64,000 nucleotides of DNA from an uncultured Acidobacteriota bacterium. GTDB lineage: Bacteria; Acidobacteriota; Terriglobia; UBA7540. The translations under genes were made by a program, and so were the position numbers. The stretch lies in the NCBI GenBank assembly GCA_963804995.1, contig CAWDSK010000006.1, forward strand, positions 1,920,001 through 1,984,000, written 5' to 3'. The stretch's first letter is position 1; the number at the start of each line of letters is the position of its first letter. The notes under the pieces are model-generated. The model did not search any database. It had not been told where the DNA came from and worked only from the letters and a program-made list of their open reading frames with translations. This document shows positions 10,463 to 19,476 of the stretch, piece after piece.

Positions 10463-11697
10463 CAGCGGTTTCCCCCGATTTCGCCCTTCCGCCAGAGGCG
10501 TCCAAGGCTGTAGGTCTTGAGCCAGGCTGCAAGCCGTTTGCGCTCAAGACGTTTCAACGTGGTCGAGCCGTTTTCTTTCTCGCACACGATGACCGTCTCC
10601 GGGATGTCCGTCAGCTCGCTAACCAAGGCATCCGAGTGCGTGGTGACGATCAGTTGCATCCGCTGCGAGGCCTCTCGCAGGAGCTGGGCCAGCGATGGAA
10701 TGATATCGGGGTGCAAACCGAGTTCGGGTTCATCGATGCATACCAGGGGCGGTGGTGCGTCATGCAGCAGAACCGTGAGAAGAGCGAGCCACTGTAGCGT
10801 CCCGTCGGATAGTCTGAAAGCAGAGATCGCGACGCCGCCTCTTTCGATGAGGCGCACTTCGACAAGCCCTCCTTGAATGCGTGTTTCAATGGCATCGGCG
10901 TCGCCGTAAAACGCCTTCAAATTCTTCAGCAGCTCGGATTTAGTGCGAGATTCGGAATTGAGCCTATTCAGCATCAACCCGAGGTTGCTGTTGTCCTCTT
11001 CCAGGAACTCGTTGCTGAGTTCCGGTTTGAACATATTCCGGGCATCAGCGACGGGTCCGAACTGCCTGTTGCGGTAGACCTTGATATCACCAAAAAGCTG
11101 GCCCAAGTAGGTGAGCTCGGGGTATTGAGCAGGATCCTTACGCTGGGCGAGGATCGACTGTTGCGGATTGATCTGCTCCCGCGAAAGTTCCTGCTGCGTC
11201 CCGTTCATTCTTAACATCGGACGCCCATTGACATATCCGAAGTAAGGTGGGGCCTTCCTCTGGCTCTTATCAGTACCCTCAGCCTCGACTCGCTCATCCT
11301 TAACGTCAAGCTGATAATTCACGCCGGTGAACGACAGTTGGTAGTCGATGGGCACTCTTAATTGAGGGGGATTAGCAGAAACCTCGATCGTTGCCGTAGG
11401 TAATGACCTCGCCGTCTTCTGACGGGATCGTTTACCAAGAATACTTCCCGCCAGTTCCGTCGGACTCGGTGGCAATTTCCATAGCCACTCCACGATACCG
11501 CCGCCCTCCCGAATGGGGGTCGCCAAATCCCGGGGAGTGCTCTGCAACAACGCCACGACTTCGATAAGATTTGACTTGCCCGACCCGTTAGGGCCAATGA
11601 GAACATTAAGTGGTCCGAGCGTGATCTTCGGAGAGTCCGGACCAAACGAGAGTAGATTCTGAATGTGCAGACTCTTGATCGCGGGCTTATCAATCAT
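10459..11697 (-). CDS. ABC-type/AAA_21 ATPase of conflict-system type
   Basis: Walker A GPNGSGKS, LSDGT signature, Walker B/D-loop CIDEPELGLHP, H-loop TTHS, C-terminal LGRLWRKGEIGG. Confidence 0.9.
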   Translation of the reverse strand: MIDKPAIKSLHIQNLLSFGPDSPKITLGPLNVLIGPNGSGKSNLIEVVALLQSTPRDLATPIREGGGIVEWLWKLPPSPTELAGSILGKRSRQKTARSLPTATIEVSANPPQLRVPIDYQLSFTGVNYQLDVKDERVEAEGTDKSQRKAPPYFGYVNGRPMLRMNGTQQELSREQINPQQSILAQRKDPAQYPELTYLGQLFGDIKVYRNRQFGPVADARNMFKPELSNEFLEEDNSNLGLMLNRLNSESRTKSELLKNLKAFYGDADAIETRIQGGLVEVRLIERGGVAISAFRLSDGTLQWLALLTVLLHDAPPPLVCIDEPELGLHPDIIPSLAQLLREASQRMQLIVTTHSDALVSELTDIPETVIVCEKENGSTTLKRLERKRLAAWLKTYSLGRLWRKGEIGGNRW

Positions 11698-12160
11698 CGT
11701 CAACCAGAAATCTCCATCCAGGCATTCACGTGCCCGAGATTATACCCCAATTTGTCCCCAGCCAAATCTTTGCAACCTAATCACGCGACCATAGCCGACC
11801 ATTGGCTGGCTGGGGGATACCCGTGTCCTTGGGGGTATGTGAATTCGTTTGGATTGCGACCCCTCTTCCGATGTCGGGGGTCACTTGGTTGTCGCCAAAC
11901 CGGATAAATGGCCCGTCACGTTCACATCTCTCGAACGGGGTTCTGGGAATCAGTTCCTGGGTTGTCGCCCCAGCGTTTACCGATCCACGCAACTCTGGAC
12001 GGTTGACGGGCTGCTCGAAAACAAATCACCTGGCCGGTAACGGCCTATGAGTAGGGGGGCGAGGCACCTCCAGTCCGGCTTATTTTAACGCCTATGGGGG
12101 TTAGGGGTTAGGGGTTTGGATTCAGGATTCAGCATGCTCAAAAACTAGAATTCCGTGCTC

Positions 12161-12836
12161 TTACAGCCACACGTGCCGGTTGGAGTAAAACGTGGCGGGC
12201 TTGTCGGGATGCTTTTTGCGAAAGGCCTGGAACTGCCGAAGGATCGCCTGGTAGCGACGGTTGGAAGTTCGAATAGGTTTGTGGGGCATCTTGATGAGGG
12301 CGCGTTCCACTTCCTTGACATTCTTTGAGGAAAGCCGCCAATCGCATTTTACCAGGGTGCGCAGGTCGGCAACCCCGTAGCCCGTGATGCGTCCGGAGCC
12401 ATCCACGTAAGGGTCCACATAACTCATCACCAGGTCACGCAGGGTGCGGAAGACCGGCTTGCGCCCGTGCAGGCCCGCATCCCGTGAGCGCGCCACGGTT
12501 CCCCAGCGCCCACGCTTCTTGAATAGGAACAGAACGTGGTCGAGCTGATCCTGCGATTCCAAGTTCGAGCAATAGCGGCGGGTAGCCGTGCTGCTCCATG
12601 ATGGTAGCGGCGCTGAGGGCGCCCTCCAGGCAGTGGGCGCTGCCGTGCTTGACCACGCCTCGAAACGTCCGTAGCGTTTCACCCTGCTTCTCCCAATTGT
12701 AGGGAAGGCGGCGCAAATATTCCTGCACCTGCTTCGGCGTGCGGCAGCGGCGGACGATCGCCCACTCCGCCGGACGAAAGGCTTTCTTCGCGGGCGCTGC
12801 GGAGGGCGGATAGTTATGTGCAACAGCAAAACTCAT
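12161..12836 (-). CDS. Hypothetical transglutaminase/papain-like protein (frameshift near 12560)
   Basis: Joined frames: ...YLRRLPYN...AHCLEGAL...PPLLLEL/ESQDQLDHVLFLF...SRDAGLHGRKPVFR; Cys and His as candidate catalytic residues. Confidence 0.6.
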
Positions 12837-12950
12837 GGGAAGCACTATTTGATGGGGAGATCTCGTGGTCCAGTGATCGGATGAGTAAAGAACTACGCAT
12901 TTCGAATTTGTTAAATGCTCACCCGATCTCCCGGTCATCCGATCTCCCTA

Positions 12951-14861
12951 TCACTTTCCCCAACGGTCGTACCAAAGTTGAAAGCTAAAGAGCGTCCACA
13001 ATGTTTTGCGGTGATCAGCCTTGCCCGACCAGTGCTCGTTGAGCAAGCGGCGCACGAACGCGACGTTGAACATTCCCTGCCGGCGCAACTTGTCTTCACC
13101 CAAGGTCTCGTCGACCAGGGGCCGCAACTCATTCCGCATCCAACTGGCAATGGGGACGGAGAACCCGCGCTTTTGCCGGTACACAATATCCTTGGGCAAC
13201 CAACGTTCCACGGCCTTTTTCAGAATGTACTTGAGCTGGAAGCGCCGCACCTTCAAATCGCCCGGCAGGCCTTCGGCGAACTCTATCAGGCGATGATCGA
13301 GAAAAGGCGTGCGCAACTCGAGAGAGCACGCCATGCTGGCGCGATCGATCTTCACCAGAAGGTTATCCTCCAGGTACAAGCGGAAATCCAGATAGAGCAT
13401 CTGGGAGACGGTCTCATCGAAACGTGCGCCTTCGAGTACCCGGGCGAGGGGCGAGAAGATTTCGCGGCTGGGCGGCTTCGGCCCCGCCCAATCCGGCGCG
13501 AAGAGTTGGTCGACCTCGGTCGGATTGAACATGCCGAACCAGATGTGGTGGCGCTCCGCCGGAGGCTTTTCCGCGTAGCTCAAAAACCGGCGCAGGAAAA
13601 GTCCAATGGGGACCGCCCCTGACGACACGGGGAGTAAACGCTGCAACCGGCCAAAGAAATGCCGCCGCACCACTCCGGGGAGTTTCAGATAATAGTCCGC
13701 GAGGCGCGCTCCCAGGTAAGTTGGATAGCCGCCGAATAGCTCGTCGCTGCCCTCGCCGCTTAGCGCCACCTTGATGTGTTCGCGCGCGAAGCGCGAAATC
13801 ATGTACGTGGGAATCACCGCGGGATCAGCCACCGGCTCGTCCAGATGATCGGCGAGCTTCATGAGCGCCTGGTACATGCTGGGCTTGTCCGCGGTCAAAA
13901 CGTGGTGCTGGGTGCGGAAGCGTTTCGCGACCAGGGTCGAGTAGGGTTCCTCATTGAAAGTCTTCTCCGGAAAGTTTACGGAAAAAGTGCTGATATTTCC
14001 CGGGCTCAATTCGCTCATAATGGCAACGATGGTGGAAGAATCAACGCCGCCACTCAGGAAGACGCCGAGTGGAACATCGCTCACCAGGCGCGACTCCGCC
14101 GCCTGTCGCAGACGCACGGCGAGTTCCTCCACCAACTCGCGCTCCTCGCGGGGTGTGACCGGCGGCTGCTCCCGCGAACGTAAATAATCCTGCGGGCGCC
14201 AGTAAGCGTCGATGTGAAGGTTGCCGCCTTCCACCACCATAAAATGCGCCGCCGGAAGTTTTTTGATTTCGGCATAAGCGCTGCGCGGGCTGGGGAAATG
14301 GCCGTAGAAAAAGTATTGGGTGAGCGCCGCAGGATCCATGGCGCGGCCGATGCCGGGATACTCGAAAAGGGATTTTATTTCTGACGCAAACAGCAGCGTC
14401 TGCCCGCCGCGCCAGTAGTAGAGCGGCTTCTCGCCCGCCCGATCGCGCGCCAGCAGCAGCCGCTTGCGACCGCTATCCCACAGGGCAATGGCGAACATCC
14501 CGTTCAACTCGCGCAGGCAATCCGGCCCCTGTTCCTCGTAGAGGTGCGCGATGACTTCTCCGTCCGATTGTGTCTTGAAATGGTGCCCTCGTTCCGAGAG
14601 GCCGCGGCGAAGTTCGCGATAGTTATAAATCTCGCCGTTAAAAACCAAAGTAATTTCGCCGCCCTCGTTGGAGAGCGGCTGATTGCCAGTTTCAAGATCG
14701 ATGATGCTCAAGCGGCGGATGGCCAAGGCCACATGGGGCAACACAAACTTGCCGTCGCTGTCAGGCCCGCGATGCGTGAGGCGCGCTGACATGCGATCGA
14801 TGCGCTCGCCGTGCTCGAGCGGCGCAAGCTGCAGGTTCAGCATTCCGCAAATTCCGCACAT
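12951..14861 (-). CDS. asnB: Asparagine synthase (glutamine-hydrolysing) family amidotransferase
   Basis: MCGICG, HRGPD, RRLSIID, FNGEIYNY, LSGGVDSS, SGEGSDELFGGY, K.GF.VP. Confidence 0.95.
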   Translation of the reverse strand: MCGICGMLNLQLAPLEHGERIDRMSARLTHRGPDSDGKFVLPHVALAIRRLSIIDLETGNQPLSNEGGEITLVFNGEIYNYRELRRGLSERGHHFKTQSDGEVIAHLYEEQGPDCLRELNGMFAIALWDSGRKRLLLARDRAGEKPLYYWRGGQTLLFASEIKSLFEYPGIGRAMDPAALTQYFFYGHFPSPRSAYAEIKKLPAAHFMVVEGGNLHIDAYWRPQDYLRSREQPPVTPREERELVEELAVRLRQAAESRLVSDVPLGVFLSGGVDSSTIVAIMSELSPGNISTFSVNFPEKTFNEEPYSTLVAKRFRTQHHVLTADKPSMYQALMKLADHLDEPVADPAVIPTYMISRFAREHIKVALSGEGSDELFGGYPTYLGARLADYYLKLPGVVRRHFFGRLQRLLPVSSGAVPIGLFLRRFLSYAEKPPAERHHIWFGMFNPTEVDQLFAPDWAGPKPPSREIFSPLARVLEGARFDETVSQMLYLDFRLYLEDNLLVKIDRASMACSLELRTPFLDHRLIEFAEGLPGDLKVRRFQLKYILKKAVERWLPKDIVYRQKRGFSVPIASWMRNELRPLVDETLGEDKLRRQGMFNVAFVRRLLNEHWSGKADHRKTLWTLFSFQLWYDRWGK

Positions 14862-14972
14862 AGAAGATCCGGGAACAGATTTCAGGTTACAGGGAACAGC
14901 AAATCGCGCGAGCCAAAATTTTAACCGTCCCATTCACGGCTGGAAGGGCCAAAATACGTGGGACTAGGGCCT

Positions 14973-16752
14973 CTACGGTCCCGGTGGCGCAACAACTGGG
15001 ACATTCCAGATGGACATATTCCACTCGTCCCACATCGGCTCAAGCTGCCCCACGCTTTGCGATAAGTCCCTTATTAGCGAGTTATCCACCATCACCAGCA
15101 CCGGTTCGGGGGGCGATTTCGTCAAGCGCTGGAACTCCGCAATGTCGATCAGCAGTCCCTGGCCAGGATTGCCAGCCCCGGAGCGCCGCGCCGCGGCCTG
15201 GTGCGCGACCTGATAGTTGCTGGTCATCTCGCCCCACTCCACCGAGACCAGTCCGACGGGGCGCTGCAAATAGAAAGGCAGGCTGGTGCGAAAATAATAG
15301 TAACCAAAAATCGGTGCGTCCTTTTCCGGGCTGGAAAGGATGGTGGCAGCGAGACGACGGCAGGAATCGTTTTTCGCGTAGGCCTCGAGGGGAGCGAGCC
15401 AGCGCACCATCAGCATGGGCACAATCGCGGCAGTCAGCGCGAAGGTTGCAATCGCAAGCGCCCGCCCGCGTATTCTTGACGCCAGATTGCGGCCGATAAT
15501 CCCCAGCGCCGCCAAAATCAATCCCGTGTAAAGCAGCGAGGGCTGGAGGAACGCCAGCACAGTGGGATTGACCTTCTTCGCCAGCCGCACGTGCGCAGCC
15601 GCAAACAGCCACGAGTGCGACGCTCCCGCCAACAGGATGCCCATACCGAGCAGCGCCGCGAAGGCCGCGGTCAGCCAATCGGGCGGCCGCGCCGTCGCGT
15701 CTTCCCCCACGTCCTGCCACACCAGACCCATCAGGATGCCGAGGGGGACGACCGCAGGCAGGAAGTACGCGGGAAGTTTTGAATGCGACAGCGTGAAGAA
15801 GACGAAAACGCACACCGCCCAACTGAGCAGGTATACGCGCGACCGGGCTTCCTCCTGGCGCAATTCCCGCCAACGCCGCAGCCGATTCCAACCGGCCACG
15901 AGCAGGAAAAAGCTCCAGGGGAAAAAGCCTCCCAGGTACACGGGAAGGTAATAAAAGATTCCGCCGCCGCGGTGTGCTTTGCCGGTGGCGAAGCGCTTCA
16001 GGCTCTCTTCCCACAGCGCGTAGTGGGGGAAATCCGGATTGCGCGCCGAGACCGCCAGGAACCAGGGCAGAGCCACGGCGAAAAACACGGCCAGGCCTAC
16101 GCCCCAGCGCAGGCGCTTCCAACTCCGCCAACGGCCGCGCGCCGCCGTGTATATCAAAATCGAGAGCAGCGGCAACAGGATTCCCACCGGGCCTTTGGTA
16201 ATGACCGCCACTCCCATGGCCGCGAACATCACGATATCGAGCCAGGGTTTCTTGAAGTCGGAACTTTCCGCGAACCAGAACGCCGCCAGGGCAAGAGTGA
16301 CGAGAAAGGTCAGCGTCATGTCGAAGATGACTTCGCGAGCCAGCACGATGGCCAGCGGGCAGGAGGCGAAGATGATACCCGCGCGCACCCCCACGGATTC
16401 TCCAAACATCCGCCGCGCCAGAAACCAGACCAGGAGCATGGTGAGCGCGCCCATCAAGGCCGAGGGCAGGCGCGCGGCGTATTCAGAAACGCCGAAGGTC
16501 CGGAGCGAAGCCGCCACCATCCAGAAGTAAACGGCGGGCTTGTCAAGGTAGGCAAAGCTGTTGTAATGCGGCGTGGTCCAATCGCCGGTGGTCAGCATCT
16601 CCCGCGCCACTTCGGCGTTGCGTCCCTCGTCAGGCTCGAAGCAAAGGCAAGCGGCCCAACCCGGCGAAGAACAACAGTCCGGCGGTGACAAGTAGCAGAG
16701 CGAGTTGTAGCGTGAGATTCGTCCGGGGGTCACGGCGAGGTTCAGTGGGCAT
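14973..16752 (-). CDS. ArnT/PMT-like (GT-C) lipid-phosphate-sugar glycosyltransferase (frameshift near 16645)
   Basis: LFFAGLGRLPLL/EPDEGRNAEVAREM...GDW..P..N...YLDKP, ARLPSAL, TKGPVG, SKLPAYFLP; start coupled to the upstream stop (TGATG). Confidence 0.88.
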
Positions 16753-17520
16753 CAGGTTATCGGGTGATCGGCCGATCGGGAGATCGGGTGATCGGCCGTC
16801 TCTAAAACTTCCAAAACACTTTCGTAAGCGATCCAGTTCTTTTTCATCCAGCGCACGGCCCAAACGTCTGCCAAGCCTTTTTTCAATCTCCGCCACGTAT
16901 CATACTTGGTTTTTCCCGCCCAGCGAGGGTGATGACTGACGGGCACCTGCGTCACGCGGTAGCCGCGCATCTTGAGCAGCGTCGGCAAGAAGCGGTGCAT
17001 ACCGTTGTAAAGTTCCAGCCGCTCCACACACTCGCGCCGAAAGGCCTTGAGCGTGCAACCGGTATCCACAATGTCGTCGCCCGTCGCCCAATTGCGAAAG
17101 CCGTTGGCGATGCGGGAGGAGCGACGCTTCCACCAGGTGTCCTGGCGGCGGGTGCGGATGCCGCAGACAACATCCCAGTCGCCCAGCATGGCAGCGAGAA
17201 CGCGTGATGTCCGCCGGATCGTTTTGCAGATCGCCATCCACGGTCACCACGGCCGCGCCCCGCGCCAGATGGAATCCCGCCTCCATGGCCGCGGTTTGGC
17301 CAAGATTGCGGCGAAAGTGGGCGATGCGAATCCGCGGGTCGCCAAGCTGGGCGCTTTTCAACAGTTCGAGGGTCTGGTCCGTGCTGCCGTCATCGACAAA
17401 CAAAAACTCCGCCTCGCCCTGCCAAGCCTTGAGCGCATCCTTTAAGCGCTCCAGCAGCGGCGCGATATTTTCAGCCTCGTTGTAAACCGGAATGACGACG
17501 CTTAACGAACCACTTTCCAC
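16752..17520 (-). CDS. GT2 polyprenol-phosphate glycosyltransferase, ArnC/Dpm1-like (frameshift near 17200)
   Basis: SVVIPVYNE, VDDGSTD, RNLGQTAA, DGDLQNDPADI / DVVCGIR, DTGCTLKAFRR, MHRFLP. Confidence 0.9.
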
Positions 17521-17745
17521 TTACCACCTCAGGCTGACGGGCCCCCGGCGCGCACGTCCTGCGCCGTCGAAACACCTAATATTTTATCTGCTTGTGACGG
17601 ATCCGCCGCCCATTTCGAGTTTGTTACAGGCTGCGATTCCGGGTAATTTTAACATGCTTGACGTACACCGCCGGGAAATTGGTGGTGTAGTTTAGAATGG
17701 CGTGTTTTCACAGATCTAGGATTACAGGCTACCGCCAGGATTTCA

Positions 17746-17850
17746 GACCACCCCGGCGCTGGGGGCGCCACCCCTCCTGATTCAGGAGGGGTGGCGCTCA
17801 GAGCGCCGGGGTGGTTACGCTGGGTGGCGCCTTGAGCGCCAGGGTGGGGG
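17746..17850. repeat. REP-like GC-rich palindrome
   Basis: ACCACCCCGGCGCT...GCGCCACCCCTCCTGA-T-TCAGGAGGGGTGGCGC...AGCGCCGGGGTGGT, plus a partial extra copy. Confidence 0.75.
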
Positions 17851-18020
17851 CTGGTGCAGGGAGAGCGCGGCCCTGTGATTTAGTGTGGATCAAGCATGCT
17901 CAAGATGGACGAATCATTCGCTGGCTGCGGTGATTGACGTGGATCGCCCCGAATGGTCGGGGCGCCAGCCTGCCAAGACCTGTCCCGACCTGTTCCAATG
18001 CCCTCTATCGGGATGGCCGC

Positions 18021-19410
18021 GCCACTTTTCTCGGACAATTCGTTGCCCGCCTTGCATTTTTGGGCTACCGGTAGCCCAAACGCGTACATTGCCTATTGAC
18101 ATAGGCCAGTCGACTAAGAGCACAATAGAGGTGAGGAAGAGTAGCGCCATGATGTGTCCAGGCAGCACTCGAAGAACCGCGGACCCCAAGATCGGGGGTC
18201 TTACCGTGAATGCTTATTTTCTTGGCAAACATTTCTCTGTGTCCTCTGCGTCCCGAAGAGCAGAGGTCACGGAGAGGCTCTGGGGGAGCGCAGCGCCGTG
18301 CCAAGACGCGGCTGAAGTTCTTCCGTTTTTCGGAACACAGCGCCCGCTGTTTGTGAAGATGTTCATGAAAATAAAGGGGGTTAGGCGTGGAAAGGGGTTT
18401 TTAGCAAAAACCTATCTAGTTGAAAATGCAATGAGTTACATTTACAGCGGCAAGAAAAATAGCGCAAATAATTTCGATCAGGATAGTCTAACGATGTGTA
18501 TGAAAACAAGGGAAAATAAAAGCGACAATTTGGCAAGTCTAGCGATGTTGATGAAAATAAGTAAGTTATTGTTGTTTTGCCACGATGTTTATGAAAAGAC
18601 AGGTAGTTAGTGAAGAAAATGGGTAGAAAAATGGACCAACCCGCCGCCATTTGCACCAGCGTCTGCTTCCAGCCGACATTGAACCAATAAGCTCGCGGCG
18701 CTGCGTTCAAGTTGGGAGACGAAGGAATCCCCATCGACAGGGGCGCTGAAAGAGACGGGTGACGTGATGATTGGGGCGAAGCCGGAAGGTGCGAAAGGCG
18801 TTGGACAGGAGGTCAAAGGTGGGGGTGCCAGCCGCCCAAACAGAAACGCCGCAGCCTCTCACTTCGGCCACTGCTTGTCACCACGTCGACAGAAGACGAT
18901 GCCGGCTCGGAAGTTCCGCGGCGAGCGGCCAAACCCATCTACCGAATATCGCCCGCCCGTGGCACGCACTCCCCCGCTTCGGTTATCGGTGGGTTGGCTA
19001 CTCGGGATGAGGGGAATTGGGTGGCCTGCGGGAAAATACGTGCCGCATTTCGGCTCGTCCGCGATCACAAGATTAGGTCCATATGCATCGGTGGCCAAGA
19101 GACCCCTCACCCGTCGCGCTCCGGCTGGTGAAAACGCCGGCAGCGCGCCACCCTCTCCCCCTCGGAGAGGGCTATGAACTTTCGCCATGGACCGATGATC
19201 CGATGAATCAATGGGCCGCTGGCCCGATGATCAAATCGCGCGATCACCGGATCACCCGATCTCCCGATTTCTAGCCCCCGCCGGCACACACTCCCCTGCT
19301 TCGGTAATCGGCGGTGTCAGGTAAGAGGATGAATCAAATGCTGGCTTCGAAAATCGCCAATCACCAATCGCCATTCGCAAATGTACGGATCACTGGATCT
19401 CCCCATCGAC
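18021..19410 (+). repeat. Large dispersed element, copy A (inverted homolog of 39130-40630)
   Basis: Colinear similarity to the reverse complement of 39130-40630, including an identical TTTGGGCTACCGGTAGCCCAAA and a near-identical 18217-18370 block. Confidence 0.92.
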
Positions 19411-19476
19411 CGATCCCAATCGTCCACAAAACCATCTTCAAAGAAGGGGAAGAATTGGGCTACACTGATTTCGCAA

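Noticed and set aside
8445..17520. Pseudogenes or programmed frameshifts in the SDR, transglutaminase-like, ArnT-like and GT2 genes (also the TonB receptor near 57795)
   Set aside because: These are isolated single-base indels in otherwise intact genes, without slippery motifs; sequencing or assembly error is more parsimonious.
18355..18610. CRISPR array
   Set aside because: Repeats are short and degenerate, only 3-4 units, the spacers are homologous between the two element copies, and no cas genes are present.
17885..18610. 241-aa ORF (and the 116-aa ORF at 40213-40563) as real proteins
   Set aside because: No domain is recognisable, copy B is frameshifted and stops early, and substitutions in the conserved block are mostly non-synonymous. 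Not annotated as CDS.
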